A program made the translations under genes and the position numbers. A stretch of DNA of 63,601 bases, the filler included, from Pelomyxa schiedti (Eukaryota > Protista > Evosea), in the NCBI GenBank assembly GCA_020536535.1. It is 11 parts of 11 records of this genome, joined end to end, with 100 filler letters (N's around TTAATTAATTAA, not from the genome) between each part and the next. Parts side by side here need not be neighbours in the genome. Positions count along the whole stretch, not along the records: positions 1 to 6,692 come from JAHLWZ010001400.1; positions 6,793 to 12,354 come from JAHLWZ010001488.1; positions 12,455 to 15,980 come from JAHLWZ010000493.1; 8 more parts are not named here. One strand, written 5' to 3'. Of the stretch, positions 1 through 16,080 are shown one piece after another. The notes beneath the pieces are model-generated. The model was not told the origin of the DNA and searched no databases. It saw only the letters and a list, made by a program, of their open reading frames with translations. How positions within the stretch are numbered: position 1 is the stretch's first letter; the number at the start of each line of letters is the position of its first letter.

Positions 1-5690
<5,690 letters not shown>

Positions 5691-5750
5691 ATAAAAATAA
5701 ACAAGCACCACTGTGCATCACCAAAATCGATTTTTCCTTGAAAACCCCAA

Positions 5751-6660
5751 TCACAGGCCATGAAGTACTTCATGTATTCTCTTCAACAAATCACTCTGAG
5801 TTTCCCACAGTACCTTTCCTGCTCCACCATTTAACACAGAAGCATTTTTATCTAGCAGCTTTGGGAGGCTGCAATTCCTCCCACTCCTAGCAAACAGCAC
5901 AACGCTGATGTCATCTCTCCTCTGGAAAGCAACTGCGGAACTGGTTGTTGCACCTAACATAGGAGGTTCAGAATCATTTTGCTGCTGTGTCACTGTCATT
6001 GCTGCTGATGGTGGGTGTTTGTTGATGGTCTTCAGAAGAGAAAGGCATGCACAAAGGTCACCACTTCCGTCGCCAAAGTAGAAGAGAGGGTGGTCACGAG
6101 CCTGTGGGTTCTCATTCAGATATGCCTCTATCACACACCCCTTACACATTGTTGATGTGCATTGCCCACAGCCTGTTGGGCACTGTGGGGGAGTCGAAAA
6201 CAGTGGATGCACAACAATGGCCTCATTTGAGGGTGCAGGATTCCTGCTGGACTCTGGTAATGATGATGATGCTGACTCCAGAAGAGGTGTAGAGGGAACA
6301 ACCTCGGCAGTGTTTGTGTATATCTTGCTGAACAAAGATTCCACACCAGCAGCAGCCAGAACACTCCTTATATAGATATCATTGCTATCACTCACAACTA
6401 CCAGTTCAAATCCCCTATCCTTGAGCTCATTCAGGTAATCAACAGTCTCAGGAAGCAACAGCATGGAGTGACTAGAGGACAATGCCGATGTTATTTCACT
6501 TGGTGAGTGACCTCTTTTGCACAGTGAAAGTAGTTCCCGGGTTACAATGTTTGGCCAGCCAAGGGTGCCTTGTCTCCATAGTGAAACAGCATCATGAGCC
6601 AAGTCAGGCTCATTGAGACGGTCAAACACAATAAAGTCACTGTTGTCCTCAATCAACGTA
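5751..6660 (-). CDS. HAD-superfamily phosphatase, PHOSPHO1/PHOSPHO2 (pyridoxal-phosphate/phosphocholine phosphatase)-like; 5' exon lost at contig end
   Basis: TLIEDNSD, VVVSDSNDIYI, FSKIYTN, C..MCKG and YFGDGSGDLC motifs. The first DxD motif would lie upstream of the intron cut by the gap. Confidence 0.85.
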
Positions 6661-6692
6661 CTAGTAATTGTAAAAATTAAAACATGGTTGTG

Positions 6693-6792
6693 NNNNNNNN
6701 NNNNNNNNNNNNNNNNNNNNNNNNNNNNNNNNNNNNTTAATTAATTAANNNNNNNNNNNNNNNNNNNNNNNNNNNNNNNNNNNNNNNNNNNN
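6693..6792. other. Artificial contig-joining spacer; same spacer at 12355-12454, 15981-16080, 17947-18046, 22806-22905, 35520-35619, 36635-36734, 37846-37945, 59805-59904, 61202-61301
   Basis: Identical 44N-TTAATTAATTAA-44N linker with stops in all six frames. Genes are truncated at its edges. Confidence 0.98.
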
Positions 6793-6904
6793 ATGGAGAC
6801 CACCTTGGAACGGTCTGCTGCTCGCAGTATGTGACGTTCCAAGCGACCCTCAATCCGGAGGATTCCTAAGAGTCCTGCTGGTTGAGAACAGTCTGATCAG
6901 AAAA

Positions 6905-6995
6905 TGGCTATATAAAATAATCAACAGACCGGAACGCTGTACTTTTCGTTATCATCGCTCAGGATCGGCGGTCTGGTGTTTGTTTTATTCAGCCA
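6905..6995 (+). repeat. ~92-bp dispersed hairpin/TIR element, copy A
   Basis: Arms tggctatataaaataatcaacagaccg / cggtctggtgtttgttttattcagcca (22/27 complementary). Homologous to 17081-17170, 17833-17895 and 32771-32863. Confidence 0.85.
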
Positions 6996-6996
6996 A

Positions 6997-8333
6997 ATGT
7001 TGTTGGTGAACCTCATCATCGTCGGAGTCGGTACGCCATTGGTGTTAGAATTCTAAAAGAGTGTGGGGTGGTTGCACGCCCAATAAGATCTAAGTCTTGT
7101 TAACTTTACACGCACCCGTATTCCGCATACTCATTTTTCCTGATTATTCCCTGTGGGGAATCTACGCACACACAGGCATATCGTTGCTCCCTTTGTTGGT
7201 GGACGTTCTCAGGGGAATCGCGCCCGGCCTCATATCGTCTCGCCTTGTTCAGCGATCCACTACATTTGTTCTCGTTTCCACGATCGCGTTCCTAAACAGC
7301 GTGGCTTTGTACGTGTTCTTCACGGTTCACCTTCCGTTCGTGTCTAGAGGTATGTGCTGTTTTGGCAGTTTTACGCCCCCCCTCTGTGTTTAGTATATTA
7401 ATATTCAATGAATTAAACTAACCTTGGAGTTTCAGGACTCTCTGCTTTATTCAAGGTTCTGAACTGTGTGTTCGCTGTGTGGGTGTGGCTCAATGCTGTT
7501 GTGTGTTATTATCGTGCATGCACTTTATCTGCGGGAGAATATCATGCTCCTCCAATACTGGAGGGCCCCATTGAGAACTGGCGATTTTGTGATCAGTGCA
7601 AACACCACAAGCCATCTTGGGTTCATCATTGCAGTGTGTGCAAAAAGTATGAGAACTGCAAACCCCACTGACTCACTGACTTTTTTCTCCCTAAACAGGT
7701 GTTTCGTTTTGATGGACCACCACTGTCCAATCACGGCCAACTGTGTCGGACTAGACAACTTCAAGTTCTTTTTCTTCTTCCTAGTGTATGAGGTGAGTTG
7801 AAGCAATACAACACAAGTTCTTCACATACCACCAAGGATAGCTGACTGGTGTTGTATACGCTATGCTTTTATCATTTCCTTCGTTTATGAAATGCGTTAT
7901 CACTCCAGCAACAGACTTGAGTGCAGATGGAATTGCAGCTTGCAAAGTTGTAGGCACCCACGCCCTAGAGTTCGCCCCGGTAGTTGCAATATTCTTGGCA
8001 CTTGGAGCAGTCACTTTCTTTCATATTTACTTGCTCTGGAAACACATGGTTGCTTTTTTTTTTTTCAAGTATTCTTAAGCCAAATTCACTCTTAAACAGA
8101 CAACACTTGAGTTGTTGCGGGCTGTTGGCAGAGTTCACAGCCTGAGGGAGGCATGGACAGTAATGTTTGTTACTAGGCCACAGGAGTTTGAGTCCAACAG
8201 CAACAACGCGGGTGGACCAGCAGCTCCTGAGAAGAATGCAAGCAACATGTTGACATGGAAACAAAATCACTGGTGGTGGTTCTTGTTTGCATTCCTGCCA
8301 CTAAAGCCACAGACAGTGAAGCACCACCTCTAA
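6997..8333 (+). CDS. DHHC-type protein S-palmitoyltransferase
   Basis: Spliced Cys-rich domain RFCDQCKHHKPSWVHHCSVCKK|CFVLMDHHCPITANCVGLDNFKFF, flanked by TM segments. Start inferred from an ATG with an in-frame intron at 7031-7094. Confidence 0.9.
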
Positions 8334-8386
8334 TTTTTTTGTTTTGAGGAAAAATCTTGTTCACAAACCACAAAGTTTTCGTCTAG

Positions 8387-11300
8387 CTAGAGTGAGGTGG
8401 TGTGATCCTGACTGGAACACCCAAGGTTCCTGAGTCTTTCAATAGCCCTGTCACATCCCGCTGAGGCGGCCCTGTGGTAATGCGCCTTGGCCATCCCAAT
8501 ATCCCGATGCACACCCCAGCCATTTTCGTAGCACACACCAAGGCATGTCATTGCGTTGGCATCGCCAGCATCAGCAGCCTTCTTGAACAATGACGCGGCT
8601 TGGTTGATGTCTTTGTAAACACCCCAGCCATTTGCGTAACACACACCAAGGCATGTCATTGCGGTGGCATCGCCAGCATCAGCAGCCTTCTTGTACAATG
8701 ACACAGCTTGGTTGATGTCTTTGTCAACACCCCAGCCATTTTCGTAGCACACACCAAGGCATTTCATTGCGATGGCATTTCCAGCATCAGCAGCCTTCCT
8801 GTACAATGACACGGCTTGGTTGATGTCTTTGTCAACACCCCGGCCATTTGCGTAACACACACCAAGGCATTTCATTGCGGTGGCATCACCAGCATCAGCA
8901 GCCTTCTTGAACAATGACACGGCTTGGTTGATGTCTTTGTCAACACCCCGGCCATTTTCGTAACACACACCAAGGTTGAACATTGCGGTGGCATTTCCAG
9001 CATCAGCAGCCTTCTTGTACAGTGACACAGCTTGGTTGATGTCTTTGCCAACACCCTGGCCATTTTGGTAACACACACCAAGGTTGTTCATTGCATTGGC
9101 ATTTCCATCATCAGCAGCCTTCTGAAGAAGTAGCAGAGCCTTGTCAGGGCCAACACCCCCGATTCCATACCGAAAACATGCACCAGCAAGTGACATCATG
9201 AAAGAAGAACGCGAGTGTGTGGTTGGTGCCTCAGGTGGACCGAGTTCAGGCTTCTCCAAGCAAAAGGCTCTCCGCAAAGTGACAAAGTACACACACGCCC
9301 ATGATTGTAGTCTTTCTGGTGAGTGGTCATCACCAAGTGCAGACACTGAAGCAACTAGTGCGTCCCACTCCTCTGCAATACTCACCACTTCCCCTTTCTC
9401 TTCCACACAGTTGGCTATCAACAGCACGCTCTTACAATAGACTCTCATTGCCAAAGGCGTACTGGAGACGGCACGTGAAAATGCGCATGCCAAGTTTGGT
9501 GGAATGAGCTGGCACAAAGCGACATGATCATCAGCAAAAAAACAGAGACCATAAAGGAACAGTAGGCCTGGAAGGTAACACAGCTCCTGAACCTGGATAT
9601 GTTCAGGTGACGCATCTCTGCCTGACAACGTGGATTAATTGGGAGGTACTTTAAACTTGAATAAACATACTTCTAAATATGTTTCTGGAGCGACAACTCT
9701 CAAATTGTTTGAAGGCATCTGAGACAAGGTGGATGGCTGTAACAATGTTTCCTTCCTCAAATTGGAAAAGTGCATTGAGCATCAGTTTGCTTCGCTCACC
9801 TTTGGTCATTGTTTGCTTCTGACAGTTTATTATTTTAGACTCATTTAATTTAACATGAAGAAAGTTGTTGGGGTACTTACATGTGTGGACAGTGAGCTGT
9901 TCACTCCACCTTCGTTTTTCAAAGTCTTCTGAACATGCCTCGAAGATATTCTTTAAAAAAATGGAGACTAGAGTTCGATCACAAGATGGAGGTGAAGCTG
10001 GCATGGTAAAGTTCACTGAAGTAGTGATCTTTCCTCGAAGCAGATTCATGCAGTTATTGAGAGCGTTGGAGTTGTCGTCGGATCTGACACGATCAATGTA
10101 TCTCAGCCTCAGTGCACTTAATACCAGTTCAGGGAGAGAGGTTCGGTGGTGCTGATTTACGGCTCGCACAAGCTCTAGATCTGTGTATGTGAAGGAAGCC
10201 TTCCCCAAGATGACTGCACATATTTCCTTTCTTGTAGCTCTTTCGAGTGTGGCCAAGCCTTCTTGTTGTTCAGCAGAAGAATGCAAGTAATAAAGAAGCA
10301 ATAAAGCCGGAGAGAACAACGGTTCAAGATCAAGAGCTTTGTGGAGAGTACCGACGCAGTCCTTGGTTGGGCTACCAGCCAGAATTTGACAAAGGCCCTT
10401 GACTGTCAGTGTCCCTGTTAATTTAGTGAGTCAGAGTTGAATCCACCTTCCAATGGAAAGAACCTGAATCATCATTTGTCACTGGTCCAAAGAAAGTGTA
10501 AAAAGAGAGCAGATCTTGAGGACTTGGTTCAGGCAAAGTTTCCAGCACCTTGGAAGCTTCCAGAAGAGGCATCCTTTTTGCAGGATCACACTGAAGTAGT
10601 GATCGCACGAGGTCACAGAACTCCCTTGGGAATGCTGGTGGTCTCATTGGGAAGTGCTCTGCACTGTCAAACGAAAATGAAATCTGGCCTGTTGGGCCAT
10701 AGGTTGACGGGTACCCGGGCAGAGGGTGTTGACCACACATTGCAAGTTCAAACAAAATGCATCCAAGTTCAAATGATGGTTGCTGTTTTGTTATTGGAGA
10801 AGTTTTTTAAGAGTGTATTGAAAACCTTGTCGCAAAGCAAGCTCCTACAACGATTTGGGTACTGTGTGTATCGTGCAATTCCATTGATAATTTCCGGTCC
10901 CAGGTGAAGTTGGTTCCCCACTGTCCCCACAAAACACCCTGTTTCCCTTTCAAGAGAATCGTCCGGGAACTTCTTGGCACATCCAAGGTCAATCACAATG
11001 GCCTGTTCTTTGTTCTTTTTTTTTTTTTTTTGGTTAATCAGAACTAAGTAAGGTAAAAACATACAGCAGAGACAACAATGTTGTCCAACTTAATGTCAAA
11101 GTGAACTGTTTGTCTTGTGAAGAGATGAACCAGGCCTGCACAAATATCCCTTGAGTATTTGTGAACAATACACCAGGGTGTTGCTGTGAGAGGTTGAGCG
11201 GTGGTGAGGTTGTTCAGGAAATGGTCGAGGGTTTCTGAGTGATATTCAAGGACAATCCACACACACGCGCGAAACCTTTTCCTCACTGGGTCAAATGCCA

Positions 11301-11853
11301 ACTCCTTTGGAATATCAGGGAGCAGGTCATAATACTCCTGAGGGGGCCTGTCAGTGAAGTGACAGAAGTACTGGTTCACATTTGGATGTGGATCAAGTGT
11401 TGATGACACCAGGTATTCATTCTTCAGTCAATCAAAAAAAAAAGGTGTTACATGGTTTAAAAATCCCACACCTCATACGCATTGGAGACCGAACTTGTGC
11501 AAGCATCTCTGTAATTGAACGGAACCTTGAGTACGTAAGATTGATCCCTGAAGAACTCAGGGTGGCCCTCCCCAATGCACTTCACTTCGTAGACAATTCC
11601 TACCAGGTTTTTAGGAATAAAGTGTGACAGTGGTGTGACGCGTACCATTGTTGCCGTTGGCGATCTTCCTTACCAGACGGAAATTGCTAGCTACTACGAC
11701 GCTCGCCGGGGCGTTCGGCAGGTCGGCCCGCAGTGCGGATTCAGCCAAGCGCTTAAAGAACGAGGAGCGCTCTGCCAACACCCGCTCATAGGCCTCGTAA
11801 CCCACAACAGTGCACTTGGGCGGGCGTTTTTGTGGCTGTGGGGTGTTGCCCAT
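8387..11853 (-). CDS. Single spliced gene: N-terminal MG (myristoylation-like) motif + protein kinase + helical linker + Sel1-like repeats
   Basis: Kinase motifs IANGNNGIVY, VLKVPFNY, PHPNV, HFDIKLDNI, DLG, GNQLHLGPE. GT-AG introns at about 10463-10415 and 9671-9623 join the 10423, 9651 and 8387 ORFs in frame. Sel1 consensus AM.LGVCY.NG.GV.KD..QA..LYKKAADAG. Confidence 0.85.
8456..9103 (-). repeat. Six tandem 108-bp coding repeats (Sel1 units) with high nucleotide identity
   Basis: Exact 108-bp period; 22 of 36 codons are invariant across units 1-5. Unit 6 diverges in its second half. Confidence 0.95.
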
Positions 11854-12248
11854 TTTTTGTTAAAATTTCCCAAGTTAGCGTTGCTGTACCAAGTCTGGGA
11901 TGTCAGCTGTTAACTCGCTAAAGAACGTACGACAGTGGACTTAAGGGGTTTGTATCTCCTAACTTTACATTATTCCTTGGTTCCTGAGCCTGGGTGATGG
12001 TGACGTAACATCTACTGTGGCTTGGTATATATCCTCCCCAGGATCCCTCTCACAGCTCTTGAGGGATATAACACACTCCCGCCTCATCTTGCACGCTTGG
12101 TGGTATGCTCTCCTAGGCACTTGCGTTCCATCGGGATCATGATGCACTATCGTCGGCATCAAGCCTTGTGTTCCCCGACGCCAGACATCTGGTGCAGTAG
12201 TTCTCCTACTGCCATGTGTTTTGTGCCTCATCGCATATCTGGAGCCCA

Positions 12249-12354
12249 GGGGCGGTCATTTTACATAGAGGAAAAACCACAGGAAAATTGTAAAATGACC
12301 GCCCCATCGTTTTGAGGGCGGTCGTTCGACAATAAAGAAAAAATTGTCAAATGA
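12249..12354. repeat. Palindromic units: perfect 17-bp inverted repeat plus a second related unit cut by the contig end
   Basis: ggggcggtcattttaca (12249-12265) / tgtaaaatgaccgcccc (12289-12305), then gggcggtcgttcgacaat...attgtcaaatga up to the gap. Confidence 0.8.
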
Positions 12355-12454
12355 NNNNNNNNNNNNNNNNNNNNNNNNNNNNNNNNNNNNNNNNNNNNTT
12401 AATTAATTAANNNNNNNNNNNNNNNNNNNNNNNNNNNNNNNNNNNNNNNNNNNN

Positions 12455-14131
12455 AAGTGAAGGGAACATCACTGATGAATTGGAATTCCGTGGCCACAAC
12501 AACCAACATGGGAACGGAACCAATTTTAAGTGAGGAATTCTGGAGTGAAAGGGGAGTCTTCAAACTCACACATGAACTGTGTGCGATTGGAAACTTGGAT
12601 GTTCTCAAGTGGATACTGTCGAGCTTCTTTCAAATAAACGAAGGCAACAAGTTCATGTTGTATCCTTTCGTGCATGAAGCCTCTCAGAATGGGCAAATTG
12701 AAGTGATCAAGTGGTTGGTGGATACCTTTCAACTGTCCGATATTCCTGAATTTGGAGCTGATTTCAGACCGGGTGCCAGTGGCAGTGTTTATGATGTGAA
12801 GCGCTTTGTTGAGAGCTTTCCAGAGTGGGAATTTGATGGATTACAGCTTGCTCTCACAGCGGCACTGTTTAAGGGTCCATCATCAGCCGATGAAATCATT
12901 GAAGTGTGCCGATGGCTCACCAATCGTTTTTCACTGTGTTGGGCGGATTTTATTGGTGATTGGACGGTGGTGGGGCTGCCCCAATATCCTGAAGTAATGA
13001 AGTGGATACTCTCTGATGTCACAGAAGAATCAGATATTATTCTTATTTGGAATATGGCTTGCTCTGAACTGAGCAACATCGAGTTGGGAAAGTGGTTTAT
13101 TGAAGAGAAAGGAATCACACCAACACAAGCTGACTTCATGACAGCTTGTTCAAGCACCCGTGACAATCTGGCTTTTATTGAGTGGTTATACAAGCAAGTT
13201 TCAGTCAGCAGTTCTGACTTGCTTTCTTCTCTCCACATGGCGTTGTCCCATAAAAATGAATCAAATTCCAGGTGGTTGGAGCAGACCTACATTTCAACCA
13301 CGAATTCAAGGCCACAAATATCTCTTGTGACGCTCTCTGAAATGTGCAACCTCTCAGTGGATGAAGACTGGCTCGAGTGGCTGTTCACTCACACAAGTAT
13401 GTGTGACATTGACTGCAGTGAAACTGAGCTTGTTAAATTTGTGAATGAATGCATTGAAAGAAACCAGCTTCATTGTGCCCTTTCAGCTTGGGAAAGGTTC
13501 TCACTGTCCCCAATAATCCACTGTGATCTGCTTTTACGATTGTTGAAGGAGCTTCTTGTCTGTGGCTCACTATCTCAAGTCAAACAAGTTGCCTCCATTG
13601 GTGGCTTCACACCCTCTGAAATATGGAATTGCATGAGCCATTGTAGTCTTCAGCCAGAATGCAGCGAGATTGTAAAATGGTTGGTAAAAGAGTGCACACG
13701 AAACATCAGTGATCCCCCTGTGATTATAGCCGAGAACTCAGGGTGCCCAAGCACAGCCAGTATGTTTGCGAAGATGATTCGAGACAACAAACGGGGGTGT
13801 CTCCAATGGCTTTTCAACAGGTTTCACATCACACTCCCTGATGTACGCATCCACATAAATTCATTCATTATCACTAACCACATTCAAGGTACTTGGAAAA
13901 CTGGGAAATGGTGCCGACCTGGCCACATGGAAATTGCTGCTGAGGCTACTCCCAGAAATAACTAGGGAGGTTGCTACTCAACACTTTATGCATATTGTCA
14001 CTGCATCACCACTTCACTCTCAATTCAGCATCAATAGGCTCGGTGTCACACTCAATGACATTCAGTCCTGCGACTATGATAACAGTGTGACAAGGCATTG
14101 GTTGCCATGGGCACTTGAAAGCAATGATTGA
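12455..14131 (+). CDS. Orphan family 1 helical-repeat (degenerate ankyrin-like) protein, 5' truncated
   Basis: Repeated 'G.L.V.KW(L/I)' units. It shares the WL..RFHITL.(D/E) motif and the phase-0 intron right after it (13843-13888) with the genes at 38495 and 41190. Confidence 0.8.
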
Positions 14132-14481
14132 GAAATGTATTCATTGCTTGTTGTCAATACAAAACCGGTCCCACAGATTTCAGGAGTCACCAGCTGAGAT
14201 GGGACTGCACCATGATTCGCTCATTAAGTGTCTGTGACAGGATTGAGGGAGAATTGCATAATCATTTTCACGTAAACATCATGATGAATGGCCGCGCGAA
14301 CAAGAAACAAGAGAACTCTTGATTCTCTCACTTCGTTTTCTTCCTATGTGACACTTATTCTCACAGAATATAACGCTTCATTGCTGCACATTCCTGAAAG
14401 TTCCCCTGTTGAACACAATCACTTTCACGTAACAACGCCAACATCAAAGGCTTTTTGGTGGTACGCCAAAAAAAAGAAAAA

Positions 14482-15722
14482 GATGGCAGGGGAATCCGTG
14501 AAGGTGTGCTTCAGGAATTAATTTTGCGTCGTTCAGTCAACAAACAAATAAGTTACTGACGATTTACAACCACCATGTAGATTGTGATTGTGGGTGACAC
14601 CGGTGTTGGCAAGGTGTTGCAATATTTTGTATTCTATGTCTCAAGATCAAACCTCCTTTCCTCAGACATGCATGCTTGTTACCTACACAACCAATTCATT
14701 CCCTGAAGGATATGTGGCAACCGTGTTTGTGTGCTTTCCTTTTCAAATTAATCACTCCCTAAATGTGATATAACACAAGGATAACTACAACGCTAACATA
14801 ATGGTTGATGAGCGTGCCGTCGCCCTTTCAAGTGTGTTCTCCGTGTATTTTCGTGCGTGGTGAACTAATTAATACCTTTTATGCAATTAAGTGTGGGACA
14901 CTGCCGGGCATGAGGACTACGACAAACTCAGACCGCTCTCGTACCCAAACACTGATGTACTTTTTTTTTTCTCCTTCCTGTACTTCCCGATATCCAACGA
15001 ATCACAGGTGTTCCTGATTTGCTTTTCTCTCGATTCTGCCGCTTCTCTGGAATCCGTTGTCAACAAATGGGCACCTGAAGTGAGCCACTATTGCCCCGAT
15101 GCACCAATTCTACTCGTTGGAACAAAATCGGACCTTAGTGTGTTTCCACCGACTGTATGCCACCCCAAAAAAACCTCACACACACCACACATCACACAGC
15201 GATGGCCGGATCATCCGACGGTCGAGTGCCTGAGGAAGTGGCCAATTTGATTGGAGCAAGGAGTTACCACGTTTGCTCAGCACNNNNNNNNNNNNNNNNN
15301 NNNNNNNNNNNNNNNNNNNNNNNNNNNNNNNNNNNNNNNNNNNNNNNNNNNNNNNNNNNNNNNNNNNNNNNNNNNNNNNNNNNCCCCAAAAAAACCTCAC
15401 ACACACCACACATCACACAGCGATGGCCGGATCATCCGACGGTCGAGTGCCTGAGGAAGTGGCCAATTTGATTGGAGCAAGGAGTTACCACGTTTGCTCA
15501 GCACAGACTCAACAAGGTTTCTTTCATTTATAAGCAAAAATCACCCTAACAAGTGTCACACAGGGTTGACGGATGTGTTCGACAGTGCTGTCCGTGTTGT
15601 TTTCAACACTGTTGACCATGTTGTTCTCCATGATTCAGTAGGGGGATACTAATTACTGTCACTGTCTATAAACAACATTCTTTTTTTACTGCAAAAAGGA
15701 AACAAGGAAATGTTGGGTCATG
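14482..15722 (+). CDS. Rho/Rac-family small GTPase, atypical; 3' end uncertain
   Basis: Spliced: [64 protein letters not shown]. Interrupted by a scaffold gap with duplicated flanks. Confidence 0.9.
15284..15383. other. 100-N scaffold gap with duplicated flanks (also 20757-20856, 55555-55654, 57308-57407; the 18734-18833 gap has no duplication)
   Basis: About 100-120 bp left of the gap reappears exactly right of it, as expected for an unmerged assembly overlap. Confidence 0.92.
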
Positions 15723-15747
15723 TTTCTGAGAAAGCCCATCACCACCG

Positions 15748-15980
15748 ATGAACGAAGCCACCACGGCACCCAACACCCACCACGAGTCCCACGTGATGCA
15801 ACGGATATTGTGGGTGTCGCGTGTGTTGTGGGACCAAGTTATCGTGCCGTGGGTCCTCGGGCCGGCACACAAGGCCACCCCCCGTCACCGGCCCCTGGAC
15901 CCCGAGGTGGTGTCGTGCGTGCTGCGGGTCGGGGAGGCCGCGTTCCCCCTCGTGGCCCTGTGCTGCCGCGCAGTCGCCCC
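15748..15980 (+). CDS. Orphan family 1 protein, N-terminus only
   Basis: RILWVSRVLWDQVIVPWV...VGEAAFPLVALCCRAV aligns with RVATMSRIVWESVLPWL...VGEAVFPLVGRVCRSL of the 41190 gene. Confidence 0.7.
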
Positions 15981-16080
15981 NNNNNNNNNNNNNNNNNNNN
16001 NNNNNNNNNNNNNNNNNNNNNNNNTTAATTAATTAANNNNNNNNNNNNNNNNNNNNNNNNNNNNNNNNNNNNNNNNNNNN

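Noticed and set aside
8456-9103. Sel1 array as a CRISPR array or diversity-generating retroelement target (several variable codons are AAY-like)
   Set aside because: The repeats are in-frame coding units with no spacers. Many adenines are invariant, non-A changes occur, and no template repeat or reverse transcriptase is visible in the window.
11965-12315. Short ORFs beside the palindrome array as a transposase or RNA-guided nuclease
   Set aside because: No DDE, HUH, RuvC or zinc-finger motif is recognisable in the frames examined.
15164-15503. Exact ~100-120-bp direct repeats around 100-N gaps (also near 20757, 55555, 57308)
   Set aside because: Unmerged scaffold overlaps; collapsing them restores continuous reading frames.
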